Shown one piece after another: positions 49,093-57,760 of a DNA stretch of 64,000 nucleotides. The notes below the pieces were generated by a model. That model made no database searches, was not told the origin of the DNA, and worked only from the letters and a program-made list of their open reading frames with translations. Both the position numbers and the translations under genes were made by a program. Origin of the DNA: a virus; the IMG/VR virus record IMGVR_UViG_3300023184_006193, positions 14,834-78,833 of that record. One strand, given 5' to 3'. Positions within the stretch are counted from its first letter, which is position 1; the number at the start of each line of letters is the position of its first letter.

Positions 49093-49917
49093 CTAATTTT
49101 GTTTAATTGAATTATATATTTTTTTATGTATTTTATCTATAATAAAATTAGCTTGGGCTTTTTGGCTATAATTATTTTGCCAAAATGTATTATTTATATA
49201 AGAAGTATCATCTAGACTAGATGCATTATTTAATAAGAAATTGATTTTATTCTCGAGTGCGTCTAAATTATTCCAGTTAATAGGAATAAATGGTGCATTT
49301 TTATAAATATCTAAATTTAATAAGAATTCATTAGCGATTGTGATGCAGCCATATTTTAATGCTTCAAAAAATCTGTAAGCTTCTGGAAGCATCCCTCCAT
49401 CTAAACATAAAGATATTTTTGAATCTGATAAAGTTAAATAATATTCTATTACTGATTTATCTGAACCTATTACTATATTACGATCTGAAAATTTATTCTT
49501 TATAAAGTCTATAATATGTTTTCTATTATATCTATTTTCATATTGACCTAAAAAACATAAATCAATCTTACGCTCGCTTATTGGTAAATTTGGCGCATGT
49601 ATAATTGGATAGTTAAGTCCCAATGGTAATCCATACAATTTATTTGGTATATTTTCCTTAACATATTGCTTAAATGTTAAAAAAGGAATATTAATAAAAT
49701 CTGGAATATCGTATGTTTCAAATGATGTAAATATTACAATATCATCTTTTTGTGGGTTTACTTTGCATGGGTCAGTTAAATATACTCTAAAGTTATATTT
49801 TTTAACTAATTTATCTTCTGATATTATTTTTGCTACTTCTGAATAAAAATCCCACTCCCACCAATTAGTGTGATTTTCTGTATTTATTCTGTTATAATAA
49901 ATATTGCCTATTAACAT
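49093..49917 (-). CDS. GT-B glycosyltransferase (exostosin/GT47-like)
   Basis: LPLG, ERKIDLCFLG, Y..LSDSKISLCLDG, YRFFEAL.YGCI. Confidence 0.7.
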   Translation of the reverse strand: MLIGNIYYNRINTENHTNWWEWDFYSEVAKIISEDKLVKKYNFRVYLTDPCKVNPQKDDIVIFTSFETYDIPDFINIPFLTFKQYVKENIPNKLYGLPLGLNYPIIHAPNLPISERKIDLCFLGQYENRYNRKHIIDFIKNKFSDRNIVIGSDKSVIEYYLTLSDSKISLCLDGGMLPEAYRFFEALKYGCITIANEFLLNLDIYKNAPFIPINWNNLDALENKINFLLNNASSLDDTSYINNTFWQNNYSQKAQANFIIDKIHKKIYNSIKQN

Positions 49918-49922
49918 ACACT

Positions 49923-50669
49923 TTACTCTTTATTTAGAATTGGTCTTGGATATCCCATCCTATCATAATATTCCCAATCTATCTCTAATTCCATTTTATC
50001 TTCGCTCCACTTATATGAGCATGCTCCAAAATGCTTAAGATGATATTCAACCTTTTCTTTACCATTTTCATTTAGCCATGTCATGTGTTTTATATATGCT
50101 ACATCTTTTGGTATATCTGCATATATTAATTGATTATTAGTTTTTCCATTTCTATATTTAATATCATTATCCCAATAAAATGAATCTATTCCATCGTGAA
50201 TCTTTGTTTTAAATATTCTAAATGGACAAAATCCATCTAGATATGTTTTCCCGTCTAATATATAATTTTTAAAATTAATCTTAAACGCTTCAAGATCATT
50301 CTCTGCAATATATTTAATAATATTAGCAATATCTCCTAGCGAATAAAGTTCATCTGAATCTACAATCATTACATAGTCTACATTTTTATCTAGAAGATAA
50401 AATAAAGGCATATTTCTTGCTTCATTTTCTTTTATAAATTTAGGTTGATTAAAGCATATATCTATAAAATTGTCGTTTGCTAAATTAATTAAATATTCTG
50501 TTGTTGCATCTGCTTTGATATCTTTATCTTCATATTCCTTAAATGGAACTGAAACAGCGGCTATAAAAATATTATTTTGATACATTTTTTTATATAAAAT
50601 CCATGGTATTATGCTCGTTGATGCATATTTAAAATTATTATAACCTGCAAATATGATTCCAATTTTCAT
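49923..50669 (-). CDS. GT2-like glycosyltransferase
   Basis: E.EARN, DYVMIVDSDE.Y, RIF, IKHMTW. Confidence 0.65.
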   Translation of the reverse strand: MKIGIIFAGYNNFKYASTSIIPWILYKKMYQNNIFIAAVSVPFKEYEDKDIKADATTEYLINLANDNFIDICFNQPKFIKENEARNMPLFYLLDKNVDYVMIVDSDELYSLGDIANIIKYIAENDLEAFKINFKNYILDGKTYLDGFCPFRIFKTKIHDGIDSFYWDNDIKYRNGKTNNQLIYADIPKDVAYIKHMTWLNENGKEKVEYHLKHFGACSYKWSEDKMELEIDWEYYDRMGYPRPILNKE

Positions 50670-51682
50670 AGTAATTCAGAACTTTCTTTTGAAAGTTTAT
50701 TAATTTCTTCTAAAATATTAAATTTTTTTGAATACTCAAAAACATTTTTATAATTAAATTGAAAATTTAAATCTAAGTCAAGTGTTTCTAGGGAAAATTT
50801 AAAACCATTTATCTTGTTTTCAATTAATTCGTTTAATGATCCATTACTTGAACCATATACTGGTGTTCCTTTTGAAAAACTTTCTATAATTGTTCTTCCT
50901 AAAGCTTCTGGAAGTCTTGTTGGCATAAAAAAAGCTTTCGCATTAGAAAAAGCTTCATTGTGTTCTTGCCCTCTATTTAATTTACCTTTATACATAAAAT
51001 TAGAATTACTTTTAGTTTTATTTAAGAGATATTGTTCTAATTCTTTATTACCTATACCATACGCAATAAAATTTTTATCTTTATAAATTTCTGATAGTTT
51101 TATAAAAATATCTAATCCTTTAGCACTAAGTCCCCAATTTAATCCTGCACACCATAAAAAATAATCTTTTTTTGATTCATTAAATTTAAATTCAGAATTT
51201 GTTAAACCAGTATAACACATAAAGCTTTTTTCTTTTTCCCAATCTTCCTTGACCCAATTATTGTATTGAAAATTAGAAATGAATCTATATTTTACTTTAT
51301 CTAAATTTTTCATCCATCCGTGTTGTTTTTCGCAGCTGTCTTGAAATGTGCAAATAATTGGTTTTTTTAAAAATAAAAGAGGGTCTATGCTCCAATTGCT
51401 TTGACTCCAAATGATATCAAATTTTAAATTTTTTAAAACTTTTGCTACAGAATAAGCATAATATGAACTATTTTTATTAGTTATTGAAGTGGGCTCTTCT
51501 TCTGTTTCATGGATTTCAAATGGATATTCTTTTTTATTTTTTCTTTTAGGACAAACAACAAAAAAATCTATTTTATTATCAAATAAACCTTGAGCTAAGT
51601 TTTCGACAGATGTTTCAATTCCACCATAATTTTCTAATGGAAATTGTTGAACATAATCATTGCCTATTAAAGCTATTTTCAT
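50666..51682 (-). CDS. GT4 glycosyltransferase
   Basis: PLENYGGIE, FISNFQ, KGLD, PEALGRTIIESFSKGTPV, GSLNELI. Confidence 0.9.
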   Translation of the reverse strand: MKIALIGNDYVQQFPLENYGGIETSVENLAQGLFDNKIDFFVVCPKRKNKKEYPFEIHETEEEPTSITNKNSSYYAYSVAKVLKNLKFDIIWSQSNWSIDPLLFLKKPIICTFQDSCEKQHGWMKNLDKVKYRFISNFQYNNWVKEDWEKEKSFMCYTGLTNSEFKFNESKKDYFLWCAGLNWGLSAKGLDIFIKLSEIYKDKNFIAYGIGNKELEQYLLNKTKSNSNFMYKGKLNRGQEHNEAFSNAKAFFMPTRLPEALGRTIIESFSKGTPVYGSSNGSLNELIENKINGFKFSLETLDLDLNFQFNYKNVFEYSKKFNILEEINKLSKESSELL

Positions 51683-52383
51683 TAATCAAAATATAATATT
51701 TTATCTACTTTTTGATTTTTTGCTTTTAAATTTTGTTTGTAATTAAATTTTTCTATAAAATTTATTACTTGTACTGGTTCAGTATTAAAATTTTTTCTTA
51801 AAAAATCATCATGAATTTCAAGTATTATCTTGGGTTTATGTTTTGATAAAGTTTCTTTACAACCATTTAAAACGTTAAGTTCTGCACCTTCTACATCAAT
51901 TTTAATAATATTTGGTATAATATTAGTATCATTAATGTATTGATCAATTGTTATAGTTTTCGTGCCATTTTTTGAATTTGAATCTCCAAAGAAACATGGA
52001 TTACCAACTTCGCCATTTGGTCCAAGATTAGGTAAATTATAGCTTACATTATCTCCATTTCCAACTGGAGTAGAAATTAGTTGATTATAAATATTGCTAT
52101 ATTTTCTAGATAGATTTTCTAAAGCATATTTAATTAAATCTAAAAATCTTGTATCTGGTTCAAAAGAAATAAAAAAATCATTTTTAGCTTTGGGTGCTAA
52201 TATATAGCTATATATCCCATTGAACGCTCCTATATCAAAAAAATTTCCACCATCATAAAAAGCGTAAGAAGACCTAGCCTCTTCCATGCATTCATTATTT
52301 TTATACCATTGATCTGTCATTTGATCGTAGATTGCATCATCCACCTCTATTTCTGAATTATCAAATAATAGTAATTTTTTCAT
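51682..52383 (-). CDS. FkbM-family methyltransferase
   Basis: FFDIGAFNG, SFEP, TID, IIKIDVEGAELNVL.G, PKIILE. Confidence 0.92.
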   Translation of the reverse strand: MKKLLLFDNSEIEVDDAIYDQMTDQWYKNNECMEEARSSYAFYDGGNFFDIGAFNGIYSYILAPKAKNDFFISFEPDTRFLDLIKYALENLSRKYSNIYNQLISTPVGNGDNVSYNLPNLGPNGEVGNPCFFGDSNSKNGTKTITIDQYINDTNIIPNIIKIDVEGAELNVLNGCKETLSKHKPKIILEIHDDFLRKNFNTEPVQVINFIEKFNYKQNLKAKNQKVDKILYFD

Positions 52384-53141
52384 ATATCTAATAAATGATT
52401 ATAGTAGTTTTCATTAAAATCTTCTAAATATTGATGAACCTTATGATTTGGCTCTATCCCTCCAGATTCAATCTTCCAATGTTCTTTCCAAAAATTTTTA
52501 TTCCTTAATACTCTGTCTTCTAAATTTAAGTATCCATTATGTACTACAAATGGAACTGTTTTTGATCTTAATGAATTTATATCATTATCAAACATTTTAG
52601 ATGATACTAAATTCCCATTTGAATCTATTAATTCACATGTGTCACTTTTTGATGTGTCTACTGTTCCGTTTTGATTTCTCGCAAAATTAACTGCTCCTCT
52701 AAAAAGATTACTTTTATGTAAATACCATTTATGTCCTATCGAAAAATAATGGTCTTTATCTTTATAAAGATTAAGAGAGGGTATCATATAGCAATTACAA
52801 ATATCAAATCTTAGTTGATAAGCTAGATTAGTCCAAATATCTTTTTGCCATAATGGAATATATTCATCCATGTCAAGACCAATCTTAAATTCTTCTTTTG
52901 TGTTTTGTAATGCTTCATTTTTAATTTTACCATCTAATAATGGATCTTGATAAGAGAAATTAGTTTGAATTAATTTCAAATTATTAAATTTTAATGATTT
53001 TAATGTTTCTAGAGTGCTATCTTCTGATTTGTTTACCGCTATTACCACTTCATCTGCAAAACTACAAAAACTATTAATAGATTCAATATAATTGAAATTA
53101 TTCTTGATAAGATTAAAGGCAGAGCTATATATACTAAACAT
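52380..53141 (-). CDS. GT2-like glycosyltransferase, first gene of the glycan island
   Basis: FADEVVIAV..SED.T, KNEAL, LDMDE, VVHNGY. Confidence 0.78.
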   Translation of the reverse strand: MFSIYSSAFNLIKNNFNYIESINSFCSFADEVVIAVNKSEDSTLETLKSLKFNNLKLIQTNFSYQDPLLDGKIKNEALQNTKEEFKIGLDMDEYIPLWQKDIWTNLAYQLRFDICNCYMIPSLNLYKDKDHYFSIGHKWYLHKSNLFRGAVNFARNQNGTVDTSKSDTCELIDSNGNLVSSKMFDNDINSLRSKTVPFVVHNGYLNLEDRVLRNKNFWKEHWKIESGGIEPNHKVHQYLEDFNENYYNHLLDI

Positions 53142-53147
53142 TTAATA

Positions 53148-53156
53148 ATTATAACA
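53148..53156 (-). promoter_or_regulatory. Extended -10 promoter (TG-T-TATAAT), predicted leaderless, driving the glycan island
   Basis: TGTTATAAT-6 nt-ATG(53141). Confidence 0.65.
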
Positions 53157-53168
53157 TGAAAAATAAAA

Positions 53169-53197
53169 TTGACAAACAAAAAAATAATAGGTACTAT
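53169..53197 (+). promoter_or_regulatory. Sigma70-type promoter for the structured RNA and/or nrdAB
   Basis: TTGACA-17-TACTAT. Predicted start ~53204 with no ATG there. Confidence 0.75.
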
Positions 53198-53233
53198 ATA
53201 ATACATAGTATTAATTAAATAATACAAAGTTTT

Positions 53234-53492
53234 GCTATTTTCTAAAAATAGTGAGTTTGAATTGATCCGAAACGTCGGGCAACGCTAACGAAGCTTGCGA
53301 CCCGAGAAACCTTAAGAAATTAAGGGAGTGTAGGTGGAAGGGCTAACGCGCGATGGATGATCCTACCGACATCCGATAAGTGTTAGGCGAGCCGAAAGGC
53401 TTATAGACTCAATTGGGAAAATGGATCAGTTAGCTCGAAGTAACCCTATCATACAGGGAAAGCTTCGCTTTGCAAGAGCTCATTGGGAAAAT
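53234..53492 (+). ncRNA. Unassigned structured non-coding RNA or 5' leader
   Basis: GC-rich (62 of 120 nt in 53281-53400) in an AT-rich genome, with no ORF. Closing stem 53253-53268/53423-53436, GAAA-capped hairpins at 53310-53325 and 53389-53402, and further stems. Confidence 0.7.
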
Positions 53493-53614
53493 AATTAATA
53501 AGAGATTAGAGATTCTGTACACATATATAAAGTAAGTTTAATGTATTGTTAACAACAACGAAATTTTTCTTTTATAATTTTAAAAAATACTGTAAACTTA
53601 TATTCACAGTAAGT

Positions 53615-55876
53615 ATGAGTAAATATATAAATGTAAAAAAACGAAATGGATCAACTGAAAAATTTGATATAGAAAAGATCAATCGAGTAATTAACTGGGC
53701 AATAGATGGCTATTCTGGAGTAAGTTTAACTGATATCGAAATTAATGCAAAAATAAATATTCATGATGGCGTATCAAGCAAGGAAATACATAATCTTTTA
53801 ATTGAAAGTGCAGCTAATTTAATTTCTGTTGAAAAACCAAATTATCAATTTGTAGCAGCTAGGCTTTTGAGTTATCAATTAAGAAAAGACGTATGGAAAG
53901 GGAAGCATCCACCAAGATTATCTGAATTCTTAAAAGAAAGTATTAAAAATAAAATTTATGATGAAAGTATTTTAAAATATTATTCAGAAGATGAAATTAA
54001 TAAGATTGGTGAATTCATTGATCACGATAGAGATTTTATTTTTACTTACGCTGGGATAAAGCAGCTGTGTGATAAATATTTAATTAAAGATAGGGTAAAT
54101 GGAAAAATTTACGAAACACCTCAGTTTGCATATATATTAATTGCTGCTTACTCTTTCGCTAAATATCCAGTAGAGACAAGACTTTCTTATGTTAGAAAAT
54201 TTTATGATGCTATTAGTAAACATAAAATAAATCTACCAACCCCCGTAATGGCTGGTGTTAGGACAAGCAGCAGAAATTATGCTAGTTGCTGTTTGATTGG
54301 AGTAGACGATACTAGAGAAAGTATTACCGCTAGCGCTACAGCAGTAAGCATGGCTACAGCTAATAGATGTGGGATTGGAATTGATGTAAGTAAAATCAGA
54401 GCTATTGGTTCTCCTATTAAGAATGGTGAGGTTGTTCATACTGGCTTAATTCCATTTCTTAAAATTTATGAAAGTAGCGTAAAGGCTTGGCAACAGAATG
54501 GTTTAAGAGGTGGAAGCGCAACTTGCAATATTCAATGGTGGCATTATGAAATCGAAGATATTATTGTATTAAAAAATAACGCTGGAACAGACGATAACAG
54601 AGTTAGAAAACTTGATTATACAGTTGGTATGAGTAAATTATTTTATGATAGAGTTTTGAAAGATGAAGATATAACTTTATTTAATAACTCAGAAGTTCCA
54701 GAGCTTTATGAAGCGTGGGGAACAAAAGATTTTGACAAAGTATATAAGGAATGTGAATCTAAAAAATTAAAGATTAAAAAGAAAGTATCTGCTCGTAAAT
54801 TATTTTCTCTTATAATTAAAGAAAGAGTAGAAACTGGTCGTATTTATATACTGAATGTTGACCATGCAAACAATCATGGAGCTTGGCTAGATAAAGTTAC
54901 CATGAGTAATCTTTGTACAGAAGTTATTCATCCAACTATCCCATTAAATGATTATCACGATAAAAATGGAGAAATTGGAATGTGTATTCTTTCAGCGGTA
55001 AATATGTTAGAAATTAAAAACTGGCAAGATCTTGAAAAGACTTGCGATCTTATCGTTAGATTTCTTGATGAAATCATTGATCTTCAAGATTATTTTAATA
55101 TTGCTGCTGAGAATTTCGCTAAAAAACGTAGAAGTCTTGGAATTGGAATAACTAATTTAGCAGCATTTTTAGCCAAGAATGAATTAAAATACACTTCTGA
55201 TAAATCATTAGCAGTTATTGATGAATGGATGGAATATTTTCAATATTATCTTTTAAAGAGTAGCGTTGAGTTAGCTAAAGAAAAAGGTAAGTGCGAAAAA
55301 TTTGATAAAACTAAATATTCTAAAGGAATATTACCAATTGATACTTATAAAGATAAATTAGATGAAATTATTAAAAGAAAATTATGTCTTGATTGGGATA
55401 AATTAAGAAAAGATATTAAAGAGTTTGGTTTAAGGCATTCTACATTATCTTCTTGTATGCCTTGTGAGAGCAGTTCTGTTATTCAATGTTCAACAAATGG
55501 AGTAGAACCAATCAGAAGCCTTATAACTTATAAGACTAGTAAGATGGGTAAACTTCCAGTTATGGTCCCAGGAATTGGCAAATATGATGATAATTATGAA
55601 TTAGCTTATGATTTAAAAGATAATAGTGGTTTATTAAAAATTAACGCAGTTATTCAAAAATATATTGACATGGCAATATCAACTAATGTATACTATAACT
55701 ATAGTCATTATGAGAATAATATATTACCAGATGCAAAAGTTATGAAAGAAGTAATGTATGCCTATAGCCTTGGATTAATTAGCATGTATTATAATAATAC
55801 AGATGATGGAGATAAAGAGCAATCATTAAATCAAAAAGAAGATAGAGACTGCTCAAGTGGTGCGTGTAAATTGTAA
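53615..55876 (+). CDS. nrdA: Class Ia ribonucleotide reductase alpha subunit with ATP cone
   Basis: VKKRNG ATP cone, YETPQ, LPTPVMAG, ASCCL, SNLCTE, MPCESSS, YYNN, C-terminal CSSGAC. ATG at 53615 preferred. Confidence 0.97.
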   Translation: MSKYINVKKRNGSTEKFDIEKINRVINWAIDGYSGVSLTDIEINAKINIHDGVSSKEIHNLLIESAANLISVEKPNYQFVAARLLSYQLRKDVWKGKHPPRLSEFLKESIKNKIYDESILKYYSEDEINKIGEFIDHDRDFIFTYAGIKQLCDKYLIKDRVNGKIYETPQFAYILIAAYSFAKYPVETRLSYVRKFYDAISKHKINLPTPVMAGVRTSSRNYASCCLIGVDDTRESITASATAVSMATANRCGIGIDVSKIRAIGSPIKNGEVVHTGLIPFLKIYESSVKAWQQNGLRGGSATCNIQWWHYEIEDIIVLKNNAGTDDNRVRKLDYTVGMSKLFYDRVLKDEDITLFNNSEVPELYEAWGTKDFDKVYKECESKKLKIKKKVSARKLFSLIIKERVETGRIYILNVDHANNHGAWLDKVTMSNLCTEVIHPTIPLNDYHDKNGEIGMCILSAVNMLEIKNWQDLEKTCDLIVRFLDEIIDLQDYFNIAAENFAKKRRSLGIGITNLAAFLAKNELKYTSDKSLAVIDEWMEYFQYYLLKSSVELAKEKGKCEKFDKTKYSKGILPIDTYKDKLDEIIKRKLCLDWDKLRKDIKEFGLRHSTLSSCMPCESSSVIQCSTNGVEPIRSLITYKTSKMGKLPVMVPGIGKYDDNYELAYDLKDNSGLLKINAVIQKYIDMAISTNVYYNYSHYENNILPDAKVMKEVMYAYSLGLISMYYNNTDDGDKEQSLNQKEDRDCSSGACKL

Positions 55877-55879
55877 TCC

Positions 55880-56944
55880 ATGAAAACAGTATTAAATTTT
55901 AAGAATATAGATACTACGAAGCAACCATTATTCCTTGGAGAAGATCTTAATCTTCAAAGATACGATAGATTCAAATATCCAGTATTTTTTGAGTTATTTA
56001 AAAAACAAAATGAAAATTTCTGGTGGCCTCATGAAATAGCTTTAGGAAAAGATAGAAGTGATTATAAGAATTTAACAGATACAGAAAGATTTGTATTTGA
56101 TAGTAATTTAAGATTTCAAACTCTTGGAGATAGTATGCTTTCTCGTAGTATTCATTCTCTGAAGGATTATGTAAGTAATCCAGAACTCGAAATTTGCATG
56201 AATACTTGGGCTCAATTTGAAGGTATACATAGCTATTCTTATTCTTATCTTTTAAATAATGTTTATCCAGATGCAACTAAATTTTTTGATAGTATTATGG
56301 AAGATAAAGAAATTACTAGCCGCGCAGAACTTATTAGAAATAATTTTGATAAAATTCTTGGAGATGATAATAAAAAAGATCCTAAACAAAAGATTTTTGA
56401 TGCTATTCTTTCTATTAATGTAATGGAAGGTCTTGTATTTTATGTTTCCTTTGCTTGTTCTTTCTATTTTGGATATCGTGGAAAAATGGAAGGCAACTCT
56501 AAGATTATTAAATTTATCCAAAGAGATGAAGCTCTTCACTTTGCAGTAAGCCAGAATCTACTTAAAATTTTAAAAGAAGAAGATAAAGAAGGTTTCACAT
56601 CAGTAGTAAAGAAAAGTGAAGATAAAATATATGCTTTTTATGAACAAGCGGCTAAAAATGAAAGCGAATGGTCTAAATATCTATTTAGTAAAGGTAATTT
56701 ACTTGGATTAAATACAGAGGTTCTAGATGGTTATTCTAAATGGTTATGCGATAATAGACTAAGAAGTATTGGTTATAAGAAGATATTTAATCAAAAGGAT
56801 AATCCCATAGGTGGTTGGTTAGATAGTTATTTAGATAGTAGTAAAGTGCAAGTAGCCCCTCAAGAGACAGAAATATCAAGCTATAAGATAGGTGCAAGAA
56901 AAACTGATATATCTGATGATGATTTCGATAATTTTAAACTATAA
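55880..56944 (+). CDS. nrdB: Class Ia ribonucleotide reductase beta subunit
   Basis: FWWPHE, QTLGDS, FEGIHSYSY, EGLVFYVSF, RDEALH, VAPQETEISSY. Confidence 0.97.
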   Translation: MKTVLNFKNIDTTKQPLFLGEDLNLQRYDRFKYPVFFELFKKQNENFWWPHEIALGKDRSDYKNLTDTERFVFDSNLRFQTLGDSMLSRSIHSLKDYVSNPELEICMNTWAQFEGIHSYSYSYLLNNVYPDATKFFDSIMEDKEITSRAELIRNNFDKILGDDNKKDPKQKIFDAILSINVMEGLVFYVSFACSFYFGYRGKMEGNSKIIKFIQRDEALHFAVSQNLLKILKEEDKEGFTSVVKKSEDKIYAFYEQAAKNESEWSKYLFSKGNLLGLNTEVLDGYSKWLCDNRLRSIGYKKIFNQKDNPIGGWLDSYLDSSKVQVAPQETEISSYKIGARKTDISDDDFDNFKL

Positions 56945-56958
56945 TAAGTATTAATAAT

Positions 56959-56964
56959 GTGTAA
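56959..56964 (+). promoter_or_regulatory. GTGTAA motif, candidate late promoter
   Basis: Intergenic, 8 nt before the GTG start at 56973. Confidence 0.5.
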
Positions 56965-56972
56965 ATATCTAT

Positions 56973-57302
56973 GTGAATTTAGATATTCCTTTACTTTTTA
57001 ATCTAGTTTTAGGAGCATTATCCTTTTTAGGTGGATGGTTATTTACTAGAGTTTTCTCTTTATTCGATAAACAGGAGACTTTAATGAAAGAAATTAATGA
57101 TAAAACATTTAGTGATTTTATCACTTTAAGGAAAGAAATGGAATTAGAAAGCCGTAAACATCAACAAGAAATATCAGATTTAGCATTAAAAATTAGCACA
57201 ACTTATGTTACTAAAGAGTCATTCGAAGCTTATTTTGATAGAATTGAAGCTAAGTTAGATCGTAATTTTGATATAATACAAAATCATTTAAGTAGAAAAT
57301 AA
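56973..57302 (+). CDS. Single-TM coiled-coil protein (holin/XhlA-like candidate)
   Basis: N-terminal TM segment LLFNLVLGALSFLGGWLF, a coiled coil, and YVTKE.F...DRIE.KLD. Confidence 0.5.
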   Translation: MNLDIPLLFNLVLGALSFLGGWLFTRVFSLFDKQETLMKEINDKTFSDFITLRKEMELESRKHQQEISDLALKISTTYVTKESFEAYFDRIEAKLDRNFDIIQNHLSRK

Positions 57303-57304
57303 AA

Positions 57305-57760
57305 TTAATTTTTTATTTTATTAAAATCTCCATAATTAACTAGAATTTCTTCTCCAATTTGGATATCTTTTACAGAATACATATACATTTTTTGATATTC
57401 TGAATTATATATAATTTTAACATTTTGATTATCATCAGTAAAGCTATTATTTATAAAACTAGCATCTCCTAGAAGCATCATATAAATATAATGATCTTCA
57501 CCATTTGCACATTTAAAATGTATTTTATTTAAATAATTATCGAAAGCAAGCACATTATAATATTTAATAAATTGTTGCTCAATTTCAGAATATAATAAAT
57601 TATTATCTATATAATTTTCAGCATAATCTTTTGGTAAAACTGTAAATTTTAAATCTAAAAGATTTGTATCTTTTTTAATAAATTTTTTAGCAAAAAGACC
57701 ATTTCCATGTAGTTTAGACTTTTTAACAAAAAATAAATCTGATGCATTTTCTTCATTCAT
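57305..57760 (-). CDS. SET-domain protein-lysine methyltransferase
   Basis: VKKSKLHGNGLFAKKFIKK, ASFINNS, DIQIGEEILVNYG. Confidence 0.88.
   Translation of the reverse strand: MNEENASDLFFVKKSKLHGNGLFAKKFIKKDTNLLDLKFTVLPKDYAENYIDNNLLYSEIEQQFIKYYNVLAFDNYLNKIHFKCANGEDHYIYMMLLGDASFINNSFTDDNQNVKIIYNSEYQKMYMYSVKDIQIGEEILVNYGDFNKIKN

Noticed and set aside
53253-53411. RNase P RNA (the 3' GGCUUAUAGACUC looks similar), tmRNA, group I intron or hammerhead
   Set aside because: No GAGGAAAGUCC or ACAGAA P4 strands, no tRNA-like ends or tag ORF, no interrupted gene, and no CUGAUGA core.
53320-53490. Cobalamin riboswitch upstream of class Ia nrdAB
   Set aside because: AAGGGAG..GGUG and GGGAA fragments are present, but the GCCCCCGCAACUGU and AGYCAGRAGACC B12-box elements are not.
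53515-53611. NrdR boxes upstream of nrdA
   Set aside because: Only a weak single AT-rich match (ACACATATATAAGT) and a short TACTGT/ACAGTA inverted repeat, with no tandem pair.
55864-55869. GTGTAA before nrdB (also at 63185)
   Set aside because: Both are inside coding sequence, and the first encodes the conserved C-terminal ACK of NrdA, so neither was counted as promoter evidence.
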